From NCBI GenBank assembly GCA_036524155.1, contig DATDCV010000404.1, positions 874 to 64,873 on the forward strand: 64,000 bases of DNA, in the 5' to 3' direction. Below, one piece after another: positions 18,900-28,563 of the stretch (its first letter is position 1; each line of letters opens with the position of its first letter). A program made the position numbers and the translations under genes. The stretch comes from Verrucomicrobiia bacterium. GTDB lineage: Bacteria; Verrucomicrobiota; Verrucomicrobiia; Limisphaerales; UBA8199. The notes beneath the pieces are model-generated. The model saw only the letters and a list, made by a program, of their open reading frames with translations, was not told where the DNA came from and did no database searches.

Positions 18900-20207
18900 T
18901 TATGATTCGCATTCCTCGTGTTCAGTGCTTACAGCACAGCCGCGCTCGTCAAAGAGGTTGAGGTAATAAACCCGGGTCCCTTCCGGCAGAGCCGCTGTCG
19001 CCCGGCTATCCGTCAGGCTTGCCGGGATTGATTCCCATTTCCGATCCTGCCATCGGCCGGTGTCTTTCGTGAAGTTCAGTTCGGCTTTGACGACCGGGAC
19101 CTTGGCGGCATAAGTGGCCCAAATATTCGTCCTGTCCCGCCCTGAGGCGGTGATCGCCGGGAGCGCTACTCCACCTTTGAGGATGCTGTCGGCGAAGACG
19201 CGAATTTCCTCCGGCTTCTCGCCCGGACCTCCGTGCGCGTGAGGCATGCGGAGGCGGATGCAGAGCTGGCGAGGCCCTTTGGGCAGACGATACGAAGACT
19301 GCAACGCATTCAAGGTATACGCGAAATCGTTGCTGCCGGTCACCCAGAGCATGGGCATTTCCGCGTTGCCCAGGTAAACCGACGGATCCCACCACGCCAT
19401 CCAGCGCTCGGCATCTTCCGCGCTGATCTTGGCCAATTCGCCGGCGAAAATCGTGTCGCGATAAAAGCCGCAGCCGTAAACCGGGACCGCCAGCTTGAAT
19501 CGCCGATCCACGCCGGCGACGATACAGGTCAGGTAACCGCCCCAGGAAACACCGGTGACCCCGGTGCGCTCGAGATCCACTTCCGGCAACGAGCGGATCA
19601 ACGAATGGGCCAGGATGACATCCGCCACCGCATGACAAGTCCATTGGTCCTCACGCGGCCATTTGATCTGGTCAAGGCCGCCCCAACCGGGCGGTCCCCC
19701 CTGATCATCGTGAAACCAGCCGCCGTAGTTTCCTACCGGCACCTGGCCACAAGTGTCCATCGCAATTGCCGCGTAACCGCGTTCGACCCAGAGTCGGACC
19801 CATTCGTCAAACGCCGTTCCGCCCCCGCCGTGAATGAGGACCATTGCCGGCACTTTTTCGCCAGCCGCAACTTTGGGCACCCCGAGCCAGGCAAACACAC
19901 GGGTCGGTTTTCCGCGAAAGTGCAGGCCCGGATAACTGATCGCTTTCAACCCGTCGGCTTTCGGGCGCTCCAGAACCGTCCACTTCGGCGCAACTGAAAG
20001 TGTGGTCATGTCCCATGGCGAGGCCGATCCGTTGGTCTGCGACAAAGATTCGCGAGGACATGCCAGGCCGATGAATAGCGGCAGCGCCGCCAGGAAGAGG
20101 CGGCAGCGTTCGGCAGGCTTTGGACTCCGGGGCCGGGCATAATCTGAAGCCCGGCTCCGCAGGTGAGTCAAGGCGACGCCGCTCGTGTGTGTGTTGGTCC
20201 TTTTCAT
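18900..20207 (-). CDS. alpha/beta hydrolase (acetyl-xylan-esterase / dienelactone-hydrolase-like)
   Basis: 435-aa ORF with PAMVLIHGGGGTAFDEW, the nucleophile elbow GVSWGGY, and an N-terminal hydrophobic signal region. Confidence 0.78.
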   Translation of the reverse strand: MKRTNTHTSGVALTHLRSRASDYARPRSPKPAERCRLFLAALPLFIGLACPRESLSQTNGSASPWDMTTLSVAPKWTVLERPKADGLKAISYPGLHFRGKPTRVFAWLGVPKVAAGEKVPAMVLIHGGGGTAFDEWVRLWVERGYAAIAMDTCGQVPVGNYGGWFHDDQGGPPGWGGLDQIKWPREDQWTCHAVADVILAHSLIRSLPEVDLERTGVTGVSWGGYLTCIVAGVDRRFKLAVPVYGCGFYRDTIFAGELAKISAEDAERWMAWWDPSVYLGNAEMPMLWVTGSNDFAYTLNALQSSYRLPKGPRQLCIRLRMPHAHGGPGEKPEEIRVFADSILKGGVALPAITASGRDRTNIWATYAAKVPVVKAELNFTKDTGRWQDRKWESIPASLTDSRATAALPEGTRVYYLNLFDERGCAVSTEHEECES

Positions 20208-20236
20208 AGGTTTGAGTTGTCCAAGGAATCCATCGG

Positions 20237-21253
20237 TCAGCGCGACGCAGGTTTTGACGCTACCACGATGGAATTCATCCCTTCGTCGTCGCGGGTGAGG
20301 TCGGCGTGCGCAAAGCCGGCCGACTCCAGATCCTCACGCAACTCGTCGAACGTGAACGTCCCACCGCTTTCGGTGGCCACGAGCATGTTGACGGCAAAGA
20401 GCGCCCCGGCGGCGGGTCGGGTCCGGGTAACATCCATGACGACATCCCGGATCGCGATGCGTCCTCCCGGCACCAAAGCTCCGAACACTTTGGCGAATAG
20501 CGCCCGGTTCTGTTCGCGAGAGTTTTGGTGCACAATGGCGCTCACCCAGGCCAGGTCGGTGCCGCCCGGCAGTGGATCGGTCAGGAAATCGCCGGGCACC
20601 AGCGTGACGCGTTCCGCAAAACCGCTTTCGCTGAGACGTTTCCGCGCCAGCGTGATAACTGGCGGCAGGTCGAACAGAGTCGCGCGGCCGGTCAGGCACG
20701 CGCGCAGAAAGGCCATCGTCCACGTGCCCGAGGCGCCGCCGATGTCCAGCAGATGCTCGAACTTCAACGGTTGGATCGCTTGGATGACGCCATCCGCCAT
20801 CGGCGCCGAGACATTGTGCATGGCGCCGATGAACGACTCCTGGTCGCCCGACTCGCCCCGCACGCTCGGGATGTGTTGAGCCGGTCGGCCAGTCTTAACC
20901 ACTTGCGCCACCTGCGCCCATCGCCGCAGGCAGTTCGCCTGGTGCTGGAGCATCGCCAGCACGGTTTGCGATCCGGTCGGCGTCGCCAACTCGTTGATTC
21001 CCGGCGCCGGCGCATACCGATCTCCCGACTTCGAGAGCACTCGCAGTGCGACCAGCGCATCCATGAGAACCGTCAGGCCGCGCAAATCCGCCCCAACGAC
21101 CGCCGCCAGTTCCGCCGCGCTCCGCGGTGACGCGGCCAGCGGCGTGAAGAGGTCCAACTCAGCGGCCGCCACCAGCACCGCGGCGCCTTGATAGTTCCGC
21201 CCCAGCGAGAGGATGGCCTCGGCGTTCCAGGACGCGGGTGAGTTATCGTTCAT
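20237..21253 (-). CDS. class I SAM-dependent O-methyltransferase (with an N-terminal dimerisation/winged-helix-like domain)
   Basis: The SAM-binding motif is LLDIGGASGTW, followed by RVTLVPGDF. The start is chosen at MNDNSPAS (an alternative TTG start lies at 21292). Confidence 0.82.
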   Translation of the reverse strand: MNDNSPASWNAEAILSLGRNYQGAAVLVAAAELDLFTPLAASPRSAAELAAVVGADLRGLTVLMDALVALRVLSKSGDRYAPAPGINELATPTGSQTVLAMLQHQANCLRRWAQVAQVVKTGRPAQHIPSVRGESGDQESFIGAMHNVSAPMADGVIQAIQPLKFEHLLDIGGASGTWTMAFLRACLTGRATLFDLPPVITLARKRLSESGFAERVTLVPGDFLTDPLPGGTDLAWVSAIVHQNSREQNRALFAKVFGALVPGGRIAIRDVVMDVTRTRPAAGALFAVNMLVATESGGTFTFDELREDLESAGFAHADLTRDDEGMNSIVVASKPASR

Positions 21254-21490
21254 AATATTCCGGCAGCTTATTCGTCCCGGCCGGGTTAACAAGTGCGGTG
21301 TGTCACATCGTTGAGGGCGGGATCGTGGCAGACGGGTACAAAGATGCCTGCAGACCGCGCACCGTTAACAGGGAATCCTCTGATGTTTCTGGTGCGTCAT
21401 GGGTTCTTTGGATGTGGCTAAGGATAAACTCCACGCAAGATAGCTCGGACAGGAGTTGGAGGCGACGGGTTCCGCAGCAGCGGTCGAACC

Positions 21491-21629
21491 GCGCGAAGCG
21501 TATGGAGTGCGCGGAGCTTGCTCCCGCTTTCGTGCGCGCGGCGGCCGTTCAAAAGCGCCGCCGGCTTTCGGACGCGCTACTGCCAACCCAAAGCGCCAGC
21601 GAGCTGGACGCACTCCATACGCTTCGCGC
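21491..21629. repeat. palindromic intergenic element (family D)
   Basis: The arms gcgcgaagcgtatggagtgcg (21491-21511) and cgcactccatacgcttcgcgc (21609-21629) form a perfect 21-bp inverted repeat. An inner hairpin reads ggcggc...gccgcc. Confidence 0.6.
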
Positions 21630-21712
21630 AACATCGCCCGCCTCACCCCCTGGCGCTGTCGTCTCTGGAACCGGAAGCCGCCGGACGACAGCGCTTGATA
21701 TTAACCTGCCCT

Positions 21713-23923
21713 TTATTGCGATGAACGGGGAAGAAGCAGATACCCTGGTGAGTTGCTCCGGAGTGCAAGCTTGCACTTTCCTCCCGTTGCGGAGACCGGA
21801 CGTCTTTCGCCCACCGTGTTCATCCAGACAGCTTTTCCCGACGGCAGCGGTATTTCTATCTCCCCGTCCGAGCCGGTGCGCCAAAGCGCGAGCACGCGGC
21901 CGCCGCCGCTGCCCGTTGACGTAAATTCGCATGAGTATACTCCGGGCCAATCGTCTCGCGCGCCGACGAAACGCATCTCGTTGAGCAAGCGCGCCATGGT
22001 GGCGAAGGCGATGTAAGCGGGTTTGGGTCGGCCATCGCGCTGCACGATGCCCATGTTGTGCTCGAAGTAAACCGGGTCGTCACCGTCGTTGCGGAAGTCA
22101 TACCAGAATGTGCGCGGCTCGACGCCAGAGATGATGGTGCTGAGATAAGTGCGCGCGATGAGTTCGGCCTGCGCGCGCTGCGTGTTGGCCTCGAAGTCCT
22201 GCTTCAGCACATGGTGCGGCACGTGCGTCGCCCAGCCCATCTCCGTGATCCACACCGGCCGCCGCGTTCCGTCAGCAAGCTTCACCTGGTTGGAGGCCTT
22301 TTTGAGATCGGCAATGAATTCACCCTCGCTGAGCAAACGCCGATAGGGGTGAATGGTCAGCACATCGAACGGAGCGTGTTTGGCCAGCATCTGGTCGATG
22401 AACTTGAAGTCGATGCCGGCGGTGGAAATGCCGAGGACCTGGGCCTGCGGGTCCGTTTCCTTGATCGCGAGAAAGCTTTTGGTCAGCAACTCCGCGTAGA
22501 GTTCTTTCGGGCCTTGCCAGAAGAAGATGTTCGGTTCGTTCCAGATTTCCCACTGGTGGATCCGATCCTTGTAGTGTGCCACGAGCGCGCGCACGAACCG
22601 CACGTAATCCTCAACGCCCTCCGGCGTATAGGGTTTGGTCCAATCGGTCCAGTAGCCGACAATTGCATAGACCGTGATGCCGTAGCGGTGGGCACGCTCC
22701 AGCAGCCGGTCGTAGTAGTCCCAGTGGAACTCGCCGCGGCGGGGTTCGATCCGCTGCCAGGAAAAATCCTCGCGGGACCACTTCACACCGGCCTCGCCGG
22801 CCAGGCGCGCCACCTTTTCCATCTCGGCGTCGCCGAACCGGCCCAGGTAGACCCCCATGCCGAAAGCCGAGTCGGGCCTGAGCGCGAAATCCGGCTGGCT
22901 TTCCAGCGCGGCCAGCCAATAAGCCTGGACGGGAACAACTTTTTGTCCCGCCGCCTCGAATTGGAACTCGGCCTCAAGAAATCGGCAGCCGGCGGGACGC
23001 GAAGGACTCGGGACGGAAATCGTCTTGGCCACTAAATTTGGCTGCAACTCAATCTGGCGCTCACCGCTCGCCAGCGCGGCCCCATCCCACGTTTTGATTG
23101 TCCACCGCAACGTGCCAGCGACGGCGCGGTCCGAGAATGCGCGCAGATCGCAGTCGAATTGGACCGGGTCGGACTGATTGGATGTGCGTGCGGTCATCAA
23201 CACCTGGCGGTCGGCGGGGCTATGGGCTTCAAACTCGATGCGCGAGATCTCCAAAGAACCGTTGCCTTTGGCGTCGTTCGCCTCGAAGCGCAGCTCGGCC
23301 AGGCGCAGCGGACCATGGATCTTCCCGTCGTTCTCGCCGCCATGCCATTCCCAGCCGGCGCCCGGCGGGCCGTCAGTAACGAGCTCCTGTTCGCCGCCGG
23401 CCAGGCGGCCAAGCCGCTTGTGGAAAGTCATGAAATGCGTGCGCAAGAACAAATGCGCCTCGTCTTCTTTCGGTTCTCCGCTCACTTTGATCCGGATTCG
23501 GTCAATCGCCCCCGGCAGGGTGCGGTCGGGGAATCCGACGCCGAGGGAGCGTGCTCCCCTGGAAAAGTCGAGCGTCAGCCGCGCCCCTTCAAGGCGGCTG
23601 CTGCCACGGTCTCCGTCGGAAGTCAGACGCCATTGGTCAGTAGGCACGATGGCGGAAAATGGGTAGGTCAATTGCGAACGCGCTTCGGGCGCCCGACCTT
23701 CCTTAACGGTGGCTGGCGGCGTTTGTGCCACGGCCCGGTCAATCCAGACAGCAAACACTGCCAGGCCGACGAAAGCTGTCGTTAGCCGGGTTATTCTACA
23801 GACCGCACCAACGCGGTACAGATTGTAGGCGCCGACGTAAGGCGAAACGCTGGCAGACTCGGTTCTTTTCGCCTTACGTCGGCGCCTACAGTTGCTATGA
23901 AATATTCCCGTTAGGTCCTTCAT
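21713..23923 (-). CDS. secreted clan GH-A glycoside hydrolase (GH39/GH5-like catalytic domain) with an N-terminal beta-sandwich region
   Basis: The catalytic motifs are HQWEIWNEPN (acid/base) and VWITEMGWAT (nucleophile). The ATG overlaps the stop of the upstream gene (ATGA). The first 35 or so codons run across a palindromic repeat, so the 5' end is uncertain. Confidence 0.78.
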   Translation of the reverse strand: MKDLTGIFHSNCRRRRKAKRTESASVSPYVGAYNLYRVGAVCRITRLTTAFVGLAVFAVWIDRAVAQTPPATVKEGRAPEARSQLTYPFSAIVPTDQWRLTSDGDRGSSRLEGARLTLDFSRGARSLGVGFPDRTLPGAIDRIRIKVSGEPKEDEAHLFLRTHFMTFHKRLGRLAGGEQELVTDGPPGAGWEWHGGENDGKIHGPLRLAELRFEANDAKGNGSLEISRIEFEAHSPADRQVLMTARTSNQSDPVQFDCDLRAFSDRAVAGTLRWTIKTWDGAALASGERQIELQPNLVAKTISVPSPSRPAGCRFLEAEFQFEAAGQKVVPVQAYWLAALESQPDFALRPDSAFGMGVYLGRFGDAEMEKVARLAGEAGVKWSREDFSWQRIEPRRGEFHWDYYDRLLERAHRYGITVYAIVGYWTDWTKPYTPEGVEDYVRFVRALVAHYKDRIHQWEIWNEPNIFFWQGPKELYAELLTKSFLAIKETDPQAQVLGISTAGIDFKFIDQMLAKHAPFDVLTIHPYRRLLSEGEFIADLKKASNQVKLADGTRRPVWITEMGWATHVPHHVLKQDFEANTQRAQAELIARTYLSTIISGVEPRTFWYDFRNDGDDPVYFEHNMGIVQRDGRPKPAYIAFATMARLLNEMRFVGARDDWPGVYSCEFTSTGSGGGRVLALWRTGSDGEIEIPLPSGKAVWMNTVGERRPVSATGGKCKLALRSNSPGYLLLPRSSQ
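23824..23890. repeat. palindromic element (family E) inside the annotated 5' end of the GH gene
   Basis: The arms tgtaggcgccgacgtaaggcgaaa (23824-23847) and tttcgccttacgtcggcgcctaca (23867-23890) form a perfect 24-bp inverted repeat with a 19-nt spacer. Confidence 0.65.
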
Positions 23924-25203
23924 TCGATGCAGAAGAGGTTGCGTTCGCCGCGGATGAGCAGACGATTGGCGACGGCCACCGGAGAACCGATCACCTGCTC
24001 TCCCATCTTGTTTTCGGCCAGCACTTGGAACTTGCCTGTTATCTGGGCGACGAAGATAACGCCGTCCTCACGGGCGGCATAGAGCTTGCCGGCCGCGATT
24101 ACGGGTGACGCATAGTAGCTGGTCTTCGTCCGCGGAAAGTCATCGCGCCAAACCGTCTTGCCGGTGGCCGGGTCAAGGCACTCGACCTCGCCATGATCGC
24201 GCAGCACATATACCTTCCCTTCGTACACCACCGGTGTAGGCACGAACGTGCCAAAGTCTTCGCGCAGCCAGGCGCGGTGAGTGGCGGTGACATCACCGGT
24301 GCCGCCCAGTTTGATGCCGTGCAGCCGCGGTTGATCGCGGTCAGCGCGGCCGTACGCCACCACGACAACGTTTTCGGACACGATCGGAGAAGCGACAGTC
24401 GGCCAATAACTCATTCCCCGGGGGTTAAAGTCGGCGCAGGACCAAACGAGCTGGCCATCGACCGCGCTGTGAGCCGTCAGGTGCTCGCCACCCCAAACCA
24501 ATATGACCTGTTTCCCGGGCGGGCCGATCACGAGAGGCGTGGTGTAGCTGTTGTCGCCCTCGACCGCGGTTTCGTAGTTGCGCGCGACTTTCCACCGGAG
24601 TTGACCGCTCGCCTTGTCGAACGCCGCTAGCCACGAATCGCCATGGTGCATTCGCGCGACTACAACCGCGTCGCGTGTTAAAACTGGGGAGGTGCCCTGG
24701 TCCCAGAACAGTGATTCCGGGCCGAACCCGGTCACCAGGTTGGTCTGCCAGCGCGTCTTGCCGTCGAAGTCCAGCGCAGCCAGAGTCCCGCTCTTGAAGT
24801 AAACGAACACACTCTGGCCATCGGTTGTTGGAGAGGGGTTGCAGCCCGAGCTGTTCTGGCGCTTGCCCGCCTTCTCGGCTCCAAACGTCCGCTGCCAGAG
24901 CGCTTTGCCGTTCCAGTCAAATCCCAGCGCGCCGTCCTGCCCGTCGATCGGCGCGGTCACAAAGATCCGCTTGTCCCAAACCACGGGCGTGGAACAGCCT
25001 TTACCCGGCAAGGGCGCTTTCCAGAGCACATTCGTGGCGTCCCATTTCACCGGGTAAGTGCCCTGCGTGGTGCTTCCCTCGTCACGCGGACCGCGCCAGT
25101 TTGGCCAGTTCGCCGGATCCTCCCCGCAAAAACCTTCGCTGAAGCAAAGCGCGGAGATTAGAACGAACAGTCCCGCTCGGCGGTAAAAACTTATGAGCCT
25201 CAT
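23920..25203 (-). CDS. PQQ-like beta-propeller repeat protein (BamB-like fold), secreted
   Basis: 427-aa ORF with a signal peptide. W/G-rich blades recur (NWPNWRGP, VLWKAPLPGKG, ALWQRTFG, TRWQTNL, LRWKVARN, LVWSCADF, TVWRDDF). Confidence 0.82.
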   Translation of the reverse strand: MRLISFYRRAGLFVLISALCFSEGFCGEDPANWPNWRGPRDEGSTTQGTYPVKWDATNVLWKAPLPGKGCSTPVVWDKRIFVTAPIDGQDGALGFDWNGKALWQRTFGAEKAGKRQNSSGCNPSPTTDGQSVFVYFKSGTLAALDFDGKTRWQTNLVTGFGPESLFWDQGTSPVLTRDAVVVARMHHGDSWLAAFDKASGQLRWKVARNYETAVEGDNSYTTPLVIGPPGKQVILVWGGEHLTAHSAVDGQLVWSCADFNPRGMSYWPTVASPIVSENVVVVAYGRADRDQPRLHGIKLGGTGDVTATHRAWLREDFGTFVPTPVVYEGKVYVLRDHGEVECLDPATGKTVWRDDFPRTKTSYYASPVIAAGKLYAAREDGVIFVAQITGKFQVLAENKMGEQVIGSPVAVANRLLIRGERNLFCIE

Positions 25204-25429
25204 GTTTTGATTACTTCTTGAAGTGGGCGAAAGCCATGAACTCGAGACGTTGCCACGTCAGTTGCCGCGGCGTCGGGAGTGGGAGAGAATCACCGGCGAA
25301 AACCAGGGACACGGTGCGACACGCCAGACCCCGACACGCTGTTTTGGATGCCGTTTTCATCTGTCGACTCCAGCAATTACCAGATTGATCGGGGGGCAGT
25401 AAATGCTATTGAACACGGAGAGATTAGTT

Positions 25430-28285
25430 ATGAAGACACAGACCTCGACATTTGCCTGTTCGCTTTGGATTGCGGCGGCGGTTGTGCCGCTTCAAACAGC
25501 CGTCGCTCAGGAAACGGCGGCGCCCGCCCCGGAACAGCGCGTGAACCTGGCGGTGGTCGCCACGCCCTCCAGCTCCTATGTTTCCGGTGACACTTCCGTG
25601 AGCGCGCTGAACGACGACAACAATCCCCGCAATTCGCGCCAGCGCGGGCCGGGCTCGTACGGCAACTGGCCGCGCACGGGCACCCAGTGGGTGCAGTACG
25701 ACTGGAGCCAGCCAATCAGCACCAAAGAGACCGCGGTTTATTGGTGGGACGACCGCCAGGGAGTCCGGCTGCCCAAAACCTGTCGGCTGCTCTATTGGGA
25801 CGGAGCCCAATTCGTGCCGGTGACGCACGCCGCTGGCCTGGGTGTGGCGGGTGACCAGTTCAATACGACGACCTTCGACGAAGTACGCACGTCCCGGCTG
25901 CGACTCGAGATTGATTCCGACGGCAGCTACTCGACCGGCCTGCTCGAATGGAAGGTCTACGACTCCGGCAAGTCGCCGGACTTCCCGCCATCCGTCGTCG
26001 CGGGCGTGGACCGCGTCGTGATGCTGGGCGGGAAAACCTATCTGTCGGGGAAAGTGAAAACGCTCAAGAGGGCTGGTGCCATCAAGTTGCTGTGGAGCAA
26101 AGAATCCGGCCCCGGCGACGTCCGGTTTGAAAATGCGAGCCACGCGGAGACGACCGCGACATTCTCGGCTCCGGGAATTTACGTGTTGAAACTGACCGCC
26201 GGCGAACAACCGCTGAGCGCATCATCCACATTGACGGTCAAGGCTGAGACGCCGCCTCCCGCCCGGCGCCTGGACGTTGTTTACACCACGAACTACAAAG
26301 TCGACAGCCCGCTTTGGAACGCGCGGGCGAAGGCGCTCATCGCGAACTGGATTCCGCATTGCATCGACCAGATTAACCGAACCAACCTGACCCAGGGACA
26401 GGGGGGGATCGACAATTTTGTCGAAGCGGCCAAAGCGCTCCGGGGAGAACCGCATGGGGCGCACAAAGGCTACGTGTTCGCCAACGCCTGGGTGCACCAA
26501 ACCGTGGAGTCAATGTGTATCGCGCTGATGGTCGATCCGCAGGGGGATGCGGAGATGATCAAAGCACGGCAGACAATGAAGGCGACCCTCGAAGACTGGA
26601 TCCCGAAGATCCTGGCCGCCCAGGAGCCCGACGGCTACCTGCAGACCGCGTACACTCTCGCGGACCGGGCGCAGTGGCCGGACCGCTGGTCGCCGCGCCA
26701 CCGGGGCGATCATGAAGGCTACGTCGCCGGCTATTTTATCGAGTCCGCGATCAATCATTACACGCTGACAAAAGGCCAGGATAGGAGGCTTTACGATGCG
26801 GCCAAGAAGCTCGCCGATTGCTGGGTCGCCAACATCGGGCCGGGCAAGAAAGAATGGTATGACGGGCACCAGGAAATGGAGCAGGCACTGGTTCGCTTCG
26901 GCCGGTTTGTGAACGACATGGAAGGCAACGGCCGTGGCGACGCTTACATACGGCTGGCGAAGTTCCTCCTGGACTGCCGCCGCGACGGCAGCGAGTACGA
27001 CCAGAGCCATGTGCCGGTGCAGCAGCAGTACGAAGCCGTGGGCCACGCCGTGCGCGCAGTGTACAGTTATTCCGCCATGGCGGATGTGGCCGCCGAAACC
27101 GGCGACGTCGATTACGAAAGCGCGGTGATGTCGCTCTGGGACAACCTGGTCAACAAAAAATACTACGTCACCGGCGGCGTAGGCAGCGGTGAAACCTCCG
27201 AAGGCTTTGGCCCGAATTACTCGCTCCGCAACCAGGCCTATTGCGAGTCCTGTTCGAGCTGCGGCCTGATTTTCTTCCAATACAAACTGAACCTCGCCTG
27301 GCACGACGCGAAATATGCCGACCTCTACGAGGAGACAATTTACAACGCGCTGCTGGGCGCGACGGACCTGGACGGCACGGTGTTCAACTATACCAATCCG
27401 CTCATCGATGGCCGGCGCACGGCCTGGCACGCCTGTCCCTGTTGCGTGGGAAACATACCCCGCACCCTTTTGATGATCCCGACGTGGACCTACGTTAAAA
27501 GCCAGGACGGCCTCTACGTGAACCTTTACCTGGGCAGCACGATCAACGTCGAGAACGTCGCTGGCACCGACGTCGAAATGGTTCAGAAAACGGATTACCC
27601 CTGGAACGGAAAAGTGGACCTCACCGTTAATCCCCGGGAGCCCAGGCGGTTTTCGGTGTTTCTCCGCGTGCCGAACCGCCAGACGAGCGAGTTGTACACC
27701 TCCACGCCAGAGGTCAGTGGCCTCAAATCGATCTCCGTCAACGGCACGACAGTGACGCCGAAGATCGAAAACGGTTACGCGGCAATTACGCGCGACTGGA
27801 AGGCCGGTGACCGGATCGAACTGGAACTGCCCATGCAAGTGCAGCGCATCAAAGCCGACCAGAAAATCGAAGCAGATCGCGGCCGGGTTGCTCTGCGCTA
27901 CGGGCCTTTGGTCTACAGCGTCGAACGCGCGGACCAACCGGACCTCAACAGGGCGCTGGGAACGCAAACCCTCGGCGCGGAACGGCGCCAGGACCTCTTG
28001 CAGGGGGTGACGGCCATCACGGGCAAATGGGCCGACGGCAGCCCGATGCTGGCGATTCCCTACTACGCCCGGCAAAACCGCTCCGCCGAAGCGGGGCGCA
28101 CCGTGCGGCCCGAGACGGCTGGCGATTCGACGATCGATTATTCGGGCAGTGCCAGCACGGGAATTGGCTCGGGAAAAGCGGGCCCCCGCACAAACGCACC
28201 GAGCGCTGGCGCCGCGCCCGGTCCCGGAAGGTTCCGCGGCGGCGCCCGTGAGCCCGGTTCGATGGTCTGGATGAAAGACCAATAA
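25430..28285 (+). CDS. secreted GH127-family beta-L-arabinofuranosidase-like protein (DUF1680) with N-terminal discoidin-like and Ig-like domains
   Basis: The start is chosen at MKTQTSTFACSLWIAAAVVPLQTAVAQ (GGAGA lies 8 nt upstream; the track start is 25403). The discoidin-like part reads WVQYDW...RLRLEI..LLEWKVYD. The GH127 hallmarks are HQEMEQALVRF, SCSSCG and ACPCCVGN (a Cys cluster like the HypBA1 zinc site). Confidence 0.88.
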   Translation: MKTQTSTFACSLWIAAAVVPLQTAVAQETAAPAPEQRVNLAVVATPSSSYVSGDTSVSALNDDNNPRNSRQRGPGSYGNWPRTGTQWVQYDWSQPISTKETAVYWWDDRQGVRLPKTCRLLYWDGAQFVPVTHAAGLGVAGDQFNTTTFDEVRTSRLRLEIDSDGSYSTGLLEWKVYDSGKSPDFPPSVVAGVDRVVMLGGKTYLSGKVKTLKRAGAIKLLWSKESGPGDVRFENASHAETTATFSAPGIYVLKLTAGEQPLSASSTLTVKAETPPPARRLDVVYTTNYKVDSPLWNARAKALIANWIPHCIDQINRTNLTQGQGGIDNFVEAAKALRGEPHGAHKGYVFANAWVHQTVESMCIALMVDPQGDAEMIKARQTMKATLEDWIPKILAAQEPDGYLQTAYTLADRAQWPDRWSPRHRGDHEGYVAGYFIESAINHYTLTKGQDRRLYDAAKKLADCWVANIGPGKKEWYDGHQEMEQALVRFGRFVNDMEGNGRGDAYIRLAKFLLDCRRDGSEYDQSHVPVQQQYEAVGHAVRAVYSYSAMADVAAETGDVDYESAVMSLWDNLVNKKYYVTGGVGSGETSEGFGPNYSLRNQAYCESCSSCGLIFFQYKLNLAWHDAKYADLYEETIYNALLGATDLDGTVFNYTNPLIDGRRTAWHACPCCVGNIPRTLLMIPTWTYVKSQDGLYVNLYLGSTINVENVAGTDVEMVQKTDYPWNGKVDLTVNPREPRRFSVFLRVPNRQTSELYTSTPEVSGLKSISVNGTTVTPKIENGYAAITRDWKAGDRIELELPMQVQRIKADQKIEADRGRVALRYGPLVYSVERADQPDLNRALGTQTLGAERRQDLLQGVTAITGKWADGSPMLAIPYYARQNRSAEAGRTVRPETAGDSTIDYSGSASTGIGSGKAGPRTNAPSAGAAPGPGRFRGGAREPGSMVWMKDQ

Positions 28286-28365
28286 CCTGGCGAGGCCGTC
28301 GCCCGGGCCCGGTTGGGCTGCCGGCGCGGGGCCACCTGCCAGGATCGACCGGCTAACTGCGCCCC

Positions 28366-28508
28366 AGCAATTCTCATTTTGGCGTGGCGTGGGCGTCTCG
28401 CCCGCGAGTTCCTGGGGCGTCCCCGCCCCTTTTAGCCTCGGTCGGCGGGACGCCAACTGAACCTGCGGGCGAGACGCCCACACCACAATCCCAGAATGAG
28501 AACTGCTG
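28366..28508. mobile_element. MITE-like inverted-repeat element (family H) with a perfect 10-bp flanking direct repeat
   Basis: The element is flanked by actgcgcccc at 28356-28365 and 28509-28518. Its termini are agcaattctcattttgg / ccagaatgagaactgctg. The inner inverted repeats are gtgggcgtctcgcccgc / gcgggcgagacgcccac and ggggcgtccccgcc / ggcgggacgcc. Confidence 0.65.
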
Positions 28509-28563
28509 ACTGCGCCCCGACGACGATTGACAATCGCGGCTTGGCGCGTGCAAGCTGCGGTTC

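Noticed and set aside
26510-28486. 658-aa minus-strand ORF antisense to the GH127 gene
   Set aside because: It lies entirely inside or opposite a gene with clear family motifs (HQEMEQAL, ACPCCVGN). Its translation is Arg/Gly/Ala/Pro/Val-rich with no motif. This is the usual shadow ORF in the antisense frame of GC-rich coding DNA.
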